Assembly (NCBI GenBank): GCA_947624795.1
Contig: CANQLY010000001.1
Coordinates: forward strand, 1-50,805
Origin: an uncultured Marinospirillum sp.
GTDB lineage: Bacteria > Pseudomonadota > Gammaproteobacteria > Pseudomonadales > Halomonadaceae
Direction: 5' to 3'
DNA length: 50,805 nt
Below, one piece after another: positions 38,391 to 48,012 of the stretch. Below the pieces are notes generated by a model. It saw only the letters and a program-made list of their open reading frames with translations. It did no database searches and had not been told where the DNA came from. Within the stretch, counting starts at the first letter, position 1; the number at the start of each line of letters is the position of its first letter. The position numbers and the translations under genes were made by a program.

Positions 38391-41300
38391 GCAGCTTAAT
38401 TAATCCTTTAAAATACCCACTCAAAGGTTCTGCTCTAATTGAAGCCAGCGCCGGTACAGGTAAAACCTTCACCCTAGCTTTGCTTTATGTGCGCTTGGTT
38501 TTACAGCAAGGGGGTGAGTTAGCTTTTAAAGAAGCGCTGCTACCACCCAATATTTTAGTGGTCACTTTTACCCGAGCAGCCACTAAAGAGTTGCGTGATC
38601 GTATTCGCCAGCGCCTAGTAGAAACAGCCCAAGTGTTACGCAATGAGCAGCTAGACAAAACTACCACCGACCCGCTGCTGTTGGAATTACGTCAGGCACT
38701 AATTGATGAAGGCGAAGCTGCTGGCCAAACGAACCAAGCAAGAATTTTAGCTAGCGCTGCTTACAAGTTAGAAATTGCGGCTCAGTGGATGGATGAGTCA
38801 GCGATTTCAACCATTCATGGCTGGTGTTATCGCATGTTAAAAGAACATGCTTTTGACAGCGGAAATCTTTTTCAACAAGAGCTAATTGAAAGCGAAGTCG
38901 ATTTATTGCAGCAGGCAGCGGAAGACTATTGGCGTAACTTTTATCTATCACTTGATGCCACTAACCTAGCAAAAGTTTTAGAGTTTTTTGGTTCGCCCCA
39001 AGCAACCCGTTCAAAACTCTATGGTTTGTTAGATAACGTGCACCTTTTACCTTCACCTAAAGCCGCACCTGCGGAGTTAATTAGCAAGGCAGAAGAAGAA
39101 AAGAGTAATACTTTAAAGCCACTCAAAGAGCAGTGGCAGCAAAAATTTTTACCGGCATTGGAAGCGGCATTTGATGAAGCCAAAAAGAAAAAGGCTTATA
39201 AGGCACAGTCATTAAATGCGGGGCATATTCGAGGTGTTCTTGAGAAACTAGCGGCTTGGGCAGCAAGCGATGAAGAAAGTACTGGCCTAGACTATGCCAA
39301 AAGTAACTCCTTTAAACGTTTGGCTTTATTAGATACCAGTATTTGGACGGATGAAACAGCAATTCCTTGGGGTAACTCAGGTAGCAAAGCACTGGCAGAA
39401 CTTCCAGAACGACTAGCCAGTTTGCCCAGCCCTTTTAGTGATTTGTTATGCCACGCCGCGCATTGGGTTGCTAAGCGGGTTGAGCAGGTTAAAAAGCAAC
39501 AAAGCTTAATTAGCAACCAAGATTTATTAACTCGCCTAGACCAAGCCTTGCAAGGTGAGCGAGGCGAGCAGTTGGCCGCTTCAATTCGTCAGCAATTTCC
39601 GGTTGCTTTGGTGGATGAATTTCAAGATACCGACCCAGTGCAGTACCGTATTTGTAATAGCATTTATACTATTGAAGCCGCTTCTGAAGATAATGCCTTC
39701 TTTATGATTGGTGACCCTAAACAGGCTATTTATGCTTTTAGGGGGGCAGATATTTATACCTACCTAGCCGCAAAAAAAGCCACGGGTAAACGTCACTATA
39801 CTTTGGATCAAAACTTTCGCTCAGCTCCCGATTTAATTAAAGCAGTTAATGGTTTATTTGCTTTAGGTGCTGCACGTCCGCAAGGTGCTTTTCTTTTTAA
39901 GTCTGCTGAAGCTGCTGTTGATCCTATTCCTTTTGTTGAAGTGCAAGCAGGTAAAAAAACAGACCTTTGGTTGGAAGTGGAAGGAAAAAGGTTTTCACCT
40001 ATGCAAGCTTGGGTTGTGCCCAAAGATGAAGCGGGAAAATTAAACAAAGAAACTTATGCCGAACTGATTAGTGAAACGACGGCTTCTCAGGTTGCTGAGT
40101 TATTAATTGCTGCACAAAATGAAAAGGCTTGGTTGGTTGAAGCGGATAAAATAGAAGGTGAAAAAGAACGTCGGGCGCTGTTACCTGCTGATATAGCCAT
40201 ATTAGTTAACAACCGTGCTGAAGCGGATAGTTTGCGTGCTGCACTTACTGACAAGGGTGTGGCAAGTGTTTATTTATCAGAAAATAATAGCGTCTATCAA
40301 TCGGCTGCGGCCAAGCTGCTATTGCACCTCTTGCAAGTGGTAGCGGAACCTTACAACGATATTTTATTACGCAAAGCACTTTCTTTGCCGCAAATGGGGT
40401 TGAGTCTTTTAGACCTAGATGAATTAAATAATGATGAGTTAATTTGGGAAGAAAAAGTTCAACAGTTTGTAGGCTATCACTGGATTTGGCAAAGCAAGGG
40501 TAGCCTTGCTCTGGTTCATTTATTAATTAAAGATTTTGGAATTGCCGAGCGTTTGTTACAACAAGCAGGAGGCGAGCGCCAAGTGTCTGACTTGTTGCAC
40601 TTGGCTGAATTATTGCAAAAAGCATCAACTGAATTAGACGGTGAGCAGGCTTTAATTCGTCACCTACAAGAGCAAAATAAAAGCCCAGATGAAAACAGCG
40701 ACCTTCAACAGCTGCGTTTAGAAAGTGATCGACAACTGGTGCAGGTGGTGACTATTCATAAATCTAAAGGGTTGGAATACCCTTTAGTCTTTTTACCCTT
40801 TGCTACTAACTGCCGTGTGACTAAAAGTTCTGATTTGCCATTAAAAATGCATGATGAGCAAGGTTTGTTGCAACTGCATTTAACAAGCAGTCCAGAAATT
40901 CTTGCTAAGGCAGAAAGTGAGCGTTTAGCCGAAGATTTGCGCAAACTTTATGTCGCTTTAACCCGAGCCAGTTATTGCCAATGGATAGGGCTAGGCGAAA
41001 CGCAGGACTACCAAGCAAGTGCGCTAGGCTATTTGTTAGCTGCCACCGAAGACTTGCCATTAATCGACCTAGTTAATAATGCTGGGTTAGAAGTAACCGA
41101 GCTATTAGCCAGTGACGTCTTTTTTCAACCTAAACCTTCTACAGACTTTAAAAAGATTAGAGCACCACAAACGGGCGACCTAACCAACTGGTGGATTGCC
41201 AGTTATTCAGCCATTCAATTTCAATCGGTTGCTGGGCAAGCGGTTGAAGAGGTTTTAGAAGCTGACAGCACAGCCGTTAATCAAGGTTCGCTAGACCAAG

Positions 41301-42229
41301 ACACAATTGATTCTAGTGACGAGCAAATGGCTGAAGAAGATAAGATTTCTAAATTCAAACCAGCAGAAGAAGCACAACCCTCTGCAGAGCTAGGCCCTGT
41401 TTCTGCCACCAATATTATGCACCACTTCCCTGCTGGCGCAGTTTGGGGAACCTTGTTGCACAGTGTTTTAGAATGGGCGGCTGTTCAGGAACACGCGCCA
41501 ACTGAAGGCAAAAAAGTTAAAGGTTTTGCTGCAGTAGTTGCTGAAAACACTGCAAGCAGAGATGCTTTTGAACGTTTCTGTAAAAGACGCCGTATTGAAA
41601 AGTTTTTTGAACCACTTTGGGGTTGGCTGGTTAACTTTGTTCACCAAAAATGGCCGCTAGATGCTTTAGGTGAAGATTTAGATGGTAAAGCTATTAGCTT
41701 CTCATTGAGTGATTTAAAACCTGCGCAACTTGCAGTAGAGCTGGAGTTTATGCTGGAAAGTCACCGAGTAAATACTGTAACGCTGGATAAGTTAGTTAGA
41801 GCACAAACATTAAATCAGGTGAGTCGTCCGGTGGCTAAACCTAATTTTTTAAATGGTTTATTAAAAGGTTTTATAGACTTGGTTGCTGAACACGATGGCC
41901 GTTATTACGTGATTGATTGGAAATCTAACCGTTTAGGCCGCAGCGATAAGGACTATACCCAAGAGGCCATGTTAAAGCAGATTTTAGAACACCGTTACGA
42001 TATGCAATACGTACTTTATTTGGTGGCGCTGCACCGTCAGCTAAAAGCACGTTTGCCAGAATACAACTATGACCAGCATGTGGGTGGCGCTATTTATGTG
42101 TTTTTAAGGGGCATGAATGACCAGCTAAGCGCAGGGCTGTTTTGTGATAAACCACCCAAGGCACTGATTGAAGAATTGGATGCGCTTTTAGCAGGAAGCA
42201 ATCAAGACCCACAAGGAGCGGCATTATGA
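38387..42229 (+). CDS. recB: Exodeoxyribonuclease V beta subunit
   Basis: EASAGTGKT, DEFQDTD, TIHKSKGLE, and nuclease motif GFIDL...IDWKSN. Confidence 0.97.
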   Translation: MSSLINPLKYPLKGSALIEASAGTGKTFTLALLYVRLVLQQGGELAFKEALLPPNILVVTFTRAATKELRDRIRQRLVETAQVLRNEQLDKTTTDPLLLELRQALIDEGEAAGQTNQARILASAAYKLEIAAQWMDESAISTIHGWCYRMLKEHAFDSGNLFQQELIESEVDLLQQAAEDYWRNFYLSLDATNLAKVLEFFGSPQATRSKLYGLLDNVHLLPSPKAAPAELISKAEEEKSNTLKPLKEQWQQKFLPALEAAFDEAKKKKAYKAQSLNAGHIRGVLEKLAAWAASDEESTGLDYAKSNSFKRLALLDTSIWTDETAIPWGNSGSKALAELPERLASLPSPFSDLLCHAAHWVAKRVEQVKKQQSLISNQDLLTRLDQALQGERGEQLAASIRQQFPVALVDEFQDTDPVQYRICNSIYTIEAASEDNAFFMIGDPKQAIYAFRGADIYTYLAAKKATGKRHYTLDQNFRSAPDLIKAVNGLFALGAARPQGAFLFKSAEAAVDPIPFVEVQAGKKTDLWLEVEGKRFSPMQAWVVPKDEAGKLNKETYAELISETTASQVAELLIAAQNEKAWLVEADKIEGEKERRALLPADIAILVNNRAEADSLRAALTDKGVASVYLSENNSVYQSAAAKLLLHLLQVVAEPYNDILLRKALSLPQMGLSLLDLDELNNDELIWEEKVQQFVGYHWIWQSKGSLALVHLLIKDFGIAERLLQQAGGERQVSDLLHLAELLQKASTELDGEQALIRHLQEQNKSPDENSDLQQLRLESDRQLVQVVTIHKSKGLEYPLVFLPFATNCRVTKSSDLPLKMHDEQGLLQLHLTSSPEILAKAESERLAEDLRKLYVALTRASYCQWIGLGETQDYQASALGYLLAATEDLPLIDLVNNAGLEVTELLASDVFFQPKPSTDFKKIRAPQTGDLTNWWIASYSAIQFQSVAGQAVEEVLEADSTAVNQGSLDQDTIDSSDEQMAEEDKISKFKPAEEAQPSAELGPVSATNIMHHFPAGAVWGTLLHSVLEWAAVQEHAPTEGKKVKGFAAVVAENTASRDAFERFCKRRRIEKFFEPLWGWLVNFVHQKWPLDALGEDLDGKAISFSLSDLKPAQLAVELEFMLESHRVNTVTLDKLVRAQTLNQVSRPVAKPNFLNGLLKGFIDLVAEHDGRYYVIDWKSNRLGRSDKDYTQEAMLKQILEHRYDMQYVLYLVALHRQLKARLPEYNYDQHVGGAIYVFLRGMNDQLSAGLFCDKPPKALIEELDALLAGSNQDPQGAAL

Positions 42230-44367
42230 GTCAGCAAAACATTAACCAACAACGACTAGCTCAATTAGAAAGCTGGGCTGAAAAAGGCGCTTTACGTTTA
42301 CTCGATGTAGCTTTAACTCGCTTTATTGCCGAACAAATACCCCAAGCCAGTGATGCCTTGCTTTTGGCAACGGCCTTGCTAAGTGAACGCAACGGGCATG
42401 GCCATGTGTGTTTAGATTTGCAGGCAGTTTTGGCGCAACCAGAATTACAATTAGTAGAAGATGAACCAACCGACCTATCAACCCAAGAAGCAACCGAGCC
42501 AGGTGTTTCAGGGCTAAGCATTGCCGAACAGTTAGCCAGCTGGGTTAAGGACTGGACTTTAAATGGCTGGGTTGAGCAGTTATTAGCCACGGCTGCAGTG
42601 GTCGATAAAAGAACTTTAAGTAATGCTAACAATGCCAATGCTGACACCAGCCCATTAGTTTTGGCAGGCAGCCAAGAAAAACCCTTGCTGTATTTGCGGC
42701 GTTATTGGGTTTATGAACAACAAATTCAAAGCGGTATTCAACAGCGCTTAGCCATTCAACAAGACTTACCTTTAGAACCAACACGCCAGTTATTAGACCA
42801 ATTATTTGTCGATTTTAAACCCACCCAAGACCAACCCCTTGATTGGCAAAAAATAGCCTGCGCCTTAGCAGCTAGAACAGCTTTTGGTATTATCACTGGC
42901 GGCCCAGGTACAGGCAAAACCACCACAGTCGTGCGTTTGTTGGCTTTATTACAAGGTTTGCAAGTACAAGCTGGGAAAACGCCTTTAGTGATACGCCTTG
43001 CTGCGCCCACGGGTAAAGCAGCAGCACGGCTAAGTGAATCCTTGGCTGGTAGTGTGGCCGATGTGAAATTACCTGCTGAATTGGCTGCTTGCCGAGATGC
43101 TATTCCTACTGAAGTTTCGACCCTGCACCGCCTTTTAGGCAGTCAGCCAAACACTCGCCACTTTCGCCACCATGCGGGTAATCCTTTGCCTGCCGATTTA
43201 GTGGTAGTCGATGAAGCATCAATGGTCGATGTGGAAATGCTGGCTCGCCTGTTAGATGCCTTAACGCCAAACACTCGCTTAATTTTGCTGGGCGATAAAG
43301 ACCAGCTTGCTTCGGTTGAAGCCGGTTCGGTACTGGGTGATTTCTGCCAAAACGCAGAGGCAGGCAACTACACCCAAGCCACCCAAGCTTGGCTGAAAGA
43401 AACCACAGGGCAAACATTACCCAGCGCAATGCTTAACGAACAAGGCAGTCTTTTAGCCCAAGCCACCAGCATGTTAAGGCGCAGCTACCGCTTTGATGCT
43501 TACCCCGGCATAGGTGAACTAGCCCAGTTAGTTAACTCAGGCCAAGCCACCCAAGCAGAGCTAGAAACAGTCTTTGCTAGCTTCCAACGTGAAGGCGAAA
43601 CAATTAGTGCTACAGCCAACCTAGAACTAATAAAGCTAGCCAAGCCAGACTTTAAAAAATCAGCCTCAGAACAACAAGACCCTTTAGCACCGCTTAAAAA
43701 CTTGGTTAAAAAAGGCTATAGCGGTTACTTAACCACCCTGCTTGAACAACAGCCAGCCAGTGACGAACGTGAAGCCTTAGATGCTTGGGCATTAGCCATT
43801 TTTGCTGCCCACCAAAAGTTTCAGTTATTAACCTCAGTTAGGCGAGGTGTTTGGGGAGTAGAAGCCCTAAACCAAATAACGCTTACAGCCTTAAAACAAG
43901 TCGATAAGTTTAAAGACTTGCTAGCGGGCAACCAGCTTTGGTATTCAGGCCGCCCCGTGCTTGTTACCCGTAATGACTACAGCCTAAAGTTAATGAATGG
44001 CGATTTAGGTATTTGCCTAGAATGGCCACAAACGGCTAACTCGTTTTCTAAAAAGAAAATTCTACGTGTCGCCTTCCCCGATGGAAAAGGCGGCGTGCGC
44101 TGGGTGTTACCCAGCCGCTTACAAGGCGTAGAAACCGTTTTTGCCATGACCGTACATAAATCACAGGGTTCAGAATTTACCCACACCGCACTAGTGCTAC
44201 CTTCAGCCGATAACCCCGTATTAACCAAAGAGCTGCTCTACACAGGCATCACCCGATCCAGCCAAGCCTTCACTTTAATTTATAGCGATAAAAACGTGTT
44301 AGAAAGTGCTTTAAAAAAGAAAGTAGAACGAGCCAGTGGGTTGCAAGAGTCGTGTGATAATAACTAA
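42226..44367 (+). CDS. recD: Exodeoxyribonuclease V alpha subunit
   Basis: GGPGTGKTT, APTGKAAARL, VDEASM, TVHKSQGSEF, YTGITR. Confidence 0.97.
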   Translation: MSQQNINQQRLAQLESWAEKGALRLLDVALTRFIAEQIPQASDALLLATALLSERNGHGHVCLDLQAVLAQPELQLVEDEPTDLSTQEATEPGVSGLSIAEQLASWVKDWTLNGWVEQLLATAAVVDKRTLSNANNANADTSPLVLAGSQEKPLLYLRRYWVYEQQIQSGIQQRLAIQQDLPLEPTRQLLDQLFVDFKPTQDQPLDWQKIACALAARTAFGIITGGPGTGKTTTVVRLLALLQGLQVQAGKTPLVIRLAAPTGKAAARLSESLAGSVADVKLPAELAACRDAIPTEVSTLHRLLGSQPNTRHFRHHAGNPLPADLVVVDEASMVDVEMLARLLDALTPNTRLILLGDKDQLASVEAGSVLGDFCQNAEAGNYTQATQAWLKETTGQTLPSAMLNEQGSLLAQATSMLRRSYRFDAYPGIGELAQLVNSGQATQAELETVFASFQREGETISATANLELIKLAKPDFKKSASEQQDPLAPLKNLVKKGYSGYLTTLLEQQPASDEREALDAWALAIFAAHQKFQLLTSVRRGVWGVEALNQITLTALKQVDKFKDLLAGNQLWYSGRPVLVTRNDYSLKLMNGDLGICLEWPQTANSFSKKKILRVAFPDGKGGVRWVLPSRLQGVETVFAMTVHKSQGSEFTHTALVLPSADNPVLTKELLYTGITRSSQAFTLIYSDKNVLESALKKKVERASGLQESCDNN

Positions 44368-44815
44368 TGTGTTTTTTTAGCTTCAAGGTTAGTTCTTGCA
44401 AACACTTGGTCAAACAGCAGGGTAAACACAAAGGTATAAACCAAGAAAAAAGTCAGTAAGGCGATTTCCATACTGATAGCTGTCCACACGCCTACGCCGT
44501 ACCAAAGCATATAAAGTGGCAGACAAATTAATAAAAGCCCCCCTCAAAGCCCACGGCATGTAAGGTGCGTATTTTAAAGGTGCGGACTAAAATGTGTTTA
44601 CGCTGCTCCCAAGCTTCAAAGCCAGTATTGTAAATAAAGTTCCAAATAACTGCGGCTGTCGAAATAATTACTGCTACGGGTAGGGATTCTTGTGCATCGC
44701 CTTTACTTATTGCCATTAAAAGCAGTGTTGAGAAAAGAATACCTAGAAGTTCAAAGATGCTGACATAAAGAATACGGCGTTTGATGGGGCTTAAAACAAT
44801 CAACTGAAACTCCAC
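44364..44815 (-). pseudogene. PACE-family (AceI-like) efflux transporter, frameshifted at a G6 run
   Basis: RRILYVSIFE, WNFIYN..FE, RTLHAVGFEGG; the other frame continues LLLICLPLYMLWYG...YTFVFTLLFDQVF to TAG at 44364. One extra G at 44538-44543 restores the frame. Confidence 0.85.
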
Positions 44816-44935
44816 AGAGCCTTATTTGGCTCTTTAAATAAATAAGAGCCGGTCCGCCCCGGTTGATAGTTAACTCGTTAAGTGTGGAAGCTTGCTTCCA
44901 AAATGCAGAACCACGGTTTCCGTTCTATGGGCAAG

Positions 44936-44964
44936 ATTCTAACCCTGTCGCCAGTAAAACTCAA
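44936..44964 (-). promoter_or_regulatory. Putative sigma70 promoter of the PACE gene
   Basis: Minus strand TTGAGT-17 bp-TAGAAT. Confidence 0.55.
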
Positions 44965-44992
44965 AAAAATAAATTTCACCCTAACTTGAGCT

Positions 44993-45056
44993 ATGAGCCG
45001 AATAGAGTTGTCTTTTGGCTCAGCTAATGAGCCGAATAGGGTTTTAATCGGCTCAT
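44993..45056. repeat. Tandem pair of related hairpins
   Basis: ATGAGCCGAATAG at 44993 and 45027, each closed by (T/C)GGCTCA. Confidence 0.75.
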
Positions 45057-45142
45057 GCTTTTATTTATGGATTAGCTTCCGAGCGGTGGGCGCAGCACTC
45101 GCTATAGACTAGCCAATTAAGCTTTTAAATTAGGAGAAGATT

Positions 45143-45424
45143 TTGCATCTAGGCATTTTAACTTTAAATTTTTCGTTACCCGGTTGTGCTTCTTTAAAAG
45201 AAAAGCGGCAGCGTATGGGTGGTATGCATGAGCGTTTTGGGCGTAACCCTGCGGTGGCCGTTTGCGAAAGTGGTGAACATGATTTACACGAATCGAGCGA
45301 ATGGTCTTTTGTGGTGGTGGGCAATACTAAGCGGGATGTTGAATCTTTGTGTAGTCAAATAGAAGAGAAAATACAAAGCACTGTTGATGGGCGGGTGATT
45401 AAAGCAACCAGAGAATTTCTCTAG
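45143..45424 (+). CDS. DUF503 (YlxP-like) protein
   Basis: LPGCASLKEKR, VAVCESG..D; AGGAG RBS before a TTG start. Confidence 0.85.
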   Translation: MHLGILTLNFSLPGCASLKEKRQRMGGMHERFGRNPAVAVCESGEHDLHESSEWSFVVVGNTKRDVESLCSQIEEKIQSTVDGRVIKATREFL

Positions 45425-45496
45425 TCTGCTACATTAGCGACTTGGTTTGTCGCATCTACCCTGCATACTGGTGAAGACTAGACAGGGAGACTCACC

Positions 45497-46303
45497 ATGA
45501 CGCAGCAGTTTGAAATTTCTAAAAAAGATTCTTTGGGCGGTTTACGCTTAGAAAACACTCAGCTTAGCCAGTGGCAATGTACTGATGCTTCAATTAAAAA
45601 TCTCGATTTATGGAATGCTCCCCAGCTGACTAAGCTACACCTTAGCCTTTGTCTGCCGGGCATGCATTTAATGCTGGTTAATTGCCCAAAAATTACCGAA
45701 ATTATTTTACCGGCTGGTGCGCCCTGCTATTTACACCTAGACAGCCCCACTTCCCCCAACTTAACTATTCAAGGCTCTATTGCCGCCTTTGATGCCTGCT
45801 GGCCTAGTCAGCAATTTCGTGTGGAAGCGCCGGTACCCTTGCCTTTAAGAAAAACAGCGCGGCTGTTTATTAATGAAGCCACGGTTAAAGAGTTGCTGAA
45901 GGAATACCAGCAAGGTAAAGCACAAGCCCTGGAAGATTTGCGGCCTTTAGTAGTGCAAATGGTTGAACCAGTGCAAGTGCCTAGGGCTTTAAAACTGTTG
46001 AATGATTTGCTGCAAGCTGGCGCTGACCCAGAATGGGTTTGGCAAACACGCCAAGAGCTATCGGCACGGCATTTACGTGGACGACGTAAAGCGAATCAAC
46101 GCAACCTGCTTTTATCTGAGCAGCAGCTGCAGCATGCACTTAAACAGTGGCGCTGGAATTTACCGACCGACCTTAACGAAAATGCTTGGCTAGATGATTG
46201 GCGTATTTGGGTGGCTTGCCTTAAGAACCCTAAAGCCCAAGCCTACGCCAAGGTAATGGCTAAGCGTTTAATAGAAGCAGAAATTCAAGCTAAAAAAGCT
46301 TAA
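45497..46303 (+). CDS. Hypothetical protein with LRR-like N-terminal repeats
   Basis: GGGAG RBS; IKNLDLWNAPQLTKLHL and LMLVNCPKITEIIL. Confidence 0.65.
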   Translation: MTQQFEISKKDSLGGLRLENTQLSQWQCTDASIKNLDLWNAPQLTKLHLSLCLPGMHLMLVNCPKITEIILPAGAPCYLHLDSPTSPNLTIQGSIAAFDACWPSQQFRVEAPVPLPLRKTARLFINEATVKELLKEYQQGKAQALEDLRPLVVQMVEPVQVPRALKLLNDLLQAGADPEWVWQTRQELSARHLRGRRKANQRNLLLSEQQLQHALKQWRWNLPTDLNENAWLDDWRIWVACLKNPKAQAYAKVMAKRLIEAEIQAKKA

Positions 46304-46463
46304 TCTTTTAATCTTGCTCGATTTGTTGGCTTCTAGCTAAGACTCAGAACTACCAACTTGTAAGTGTACTTTGCCTGCTTGTAATGCAAGACAGCAAGTT
46401 GGGCAAAGGCTACAATTAAATGGTTTTTTCCTCCAATTCACTAACTACTAGAAGTCATTTCCT

Positions 46464-47183
46464 ATGGGTCGCGCATTCCAAAATCGTAAAGTTTCAATGG
46501 CCAAAACGGCTGCTGCTAAAACCAAAGTTTATTCACGCTATGGTCGTGAAGTGTATATGGCTGCTAAAAATGGTGGGACTGATCCTTCTGCCAACCTTAC
46601 TTTACGTAGCTTAATTGACCGAGCAAAAAAAGACCAAGTGCCATCTCACGTGCTAGAAAAAGCCATAGAAAAAGCCAAGGGCGGTGCAGGTGAAGATTTT
46701 CAGCCTTCACTTTATGAAGGTATAGGTCCTGGTGGCTGCCTGGTGCTTATTAGTGCGTTAACCGACAATGCTAACCGTACTTTTGGTGATATTCGTGGCA
46801 TTTTTACCAAGTGCAAAGCTAAGTTAGGTAGTCAGGGTTCGGTTTCTTACTTGTTTGATCATCGCGCTATGTTTGTATTTGCTGGTGAAGATGAAGAAGT
46901 AGCATTAGAAGCGCTGATGTTAGCCGATGTCGATGTTTCAGATATTGACTGTGAAGATGGCATGATAACGGTGCTGGTGCCACCAACTGAATACTTCAAA
47001 ACTAAAACAGCCTTGATAGAAATGAATGCAGGAATAGACTTTGAAGTTGAAGAAATCACCTACCTACCACAAACAGATCACCCTATAGAAGGTGATGATA
47101 TTGCTAGTTTTGAACGTTTTGTTGGTTTACTAAACGACCTAGAAGACGTTGCACAAATTTATCACAACGGCGTGTTTGAATAG
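46464..47183 (+). CDS. YebC/PmpR family protein (YeeN-like)
   Basis: MGRAFQNRK, YEGIGPGG, TDNANRT, DLEDVAQIYHN. Confidence 0.95.
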   Translation: MGRAFQNRKVSMAKTAAAKTKVYSRYGREVYMAAKNGGTDPSANLTLRSLIDRAKKDQVPSHVLEKAIEKAKGGAGEDFQPSLYEGIGPGGCLVLISALTDNANRTFGDIRGIFTKCKAKLGSQGSVSYLFDHRAMFVFAGEDEEVALEALMLADVDVSDIDCEDGMITVLVPPTEYFKTKTALIEMNAGIDFEVEEITYLPQTDHPIEGDDIASFERFVGLLNDLEDVAQIYHNGVFE

Positions 47184-47226
47184 ACAACTGTAACTACACC
47201 TGGACAAATGCTAATGTGAAAGATTA

Positions 47227-47949
47227 TCATTTGTCTGCCGTTTTTTTAAGCAAAATCACATCGCTACCTAAATAAACCTGCTCTAACTGCCAGTGCTTTG
47301 CTAGCCATGTAAAACAGGCTTCGCTAAAAAAGCTGATGTGGGTGGGGTCTGCTAGGTAGCGCCAATTTTGAAAGGCGGCTAGGTCTCTAGGGCGTTGGGT
47401 CATTATGCCTAAAATGCCTTCCGGCTTAAGGCAGCTCACTAGTTGGTTCATCACGTCTGCTGGCTGGGCTAGGTGCTCAAATACTTCAGTGCTTACTATA
47501 AAGTCGTATTTTTGCTCAAGTAATTCTGGGTGATTTGCAAAATAAAGGTCGTAATTTGCACAACTAACCCCAACTTCTGCAAACATTAACGACAGCGTTG
47601 GCCCGGGGCCACAGCCAAAATCAAGCCCAGCAATTTTAGCTTGGGGTTTGTTGGTTATTTTTTGGGATTTTTTAAGTAGAGCGAGTTGCTGCAACATTGG
47701 CTGTTTTATGCGGTCTAAAAATTTTCGATAGCCAAGGTCGTTGGGGTTATTTTCATGTTGCTGGTAAATAGCTATCTCTGCAGGTTTATCCCAATGAAAA
47801 GCAGGCGGCACAAAAATTAAGTCACACACTTTGCAGCGATGGTATTCACGCCCTAGTAAGGGCTTATGGGTTTGTATGTGCCATAACTCGGTTGAGTTTG
47901 AATGGCATAAAGGGCAAGAAAACACTAAGTACGACAACACAAAAAGCAT
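47227..47949 (-). CDS. Class I SAM-dependent methyltransferase with N-terminal Cys pairs
   Basis: CPLC...CKVC, LDFGCGPG, TEVFEH, DPTHISFFS. Confidence 0.88.
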   Translation of the reverse strand: MLFVLSYLVFSCPLCHSNSTELWHIQTHKPLLGREYHRCKVCDLIFVPPAFHWDKPAEIAIYQQHENNPNDLGYRKFLDRIKQPMLQQLALLKKSQKITNKPQAKIAGLDFGCGPGPTLSLMFAEVGVSCANYDLYFANHPELLEQKYDFIVSTEVFEHLAQPADVMNQLVSCLKPEGILGIMTQRPRDLAAFQNWRYLADPTHISFFSEACFTWLAKHWQLEQVYLGSDVILLKKTADK

Positions 47950-48012
47950 CCTAAAGTAAACATGGCTTAGAGTTTACAGGATTATGCAGTTAGTTAAGGA
48001 AATTCCAGCATT

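Noticed and set aside
34791-44367. recCBD as a novel defence helicase-nuclease system
   Set aside because: All motifs, sizes and gene order match ordinary RecBCD.
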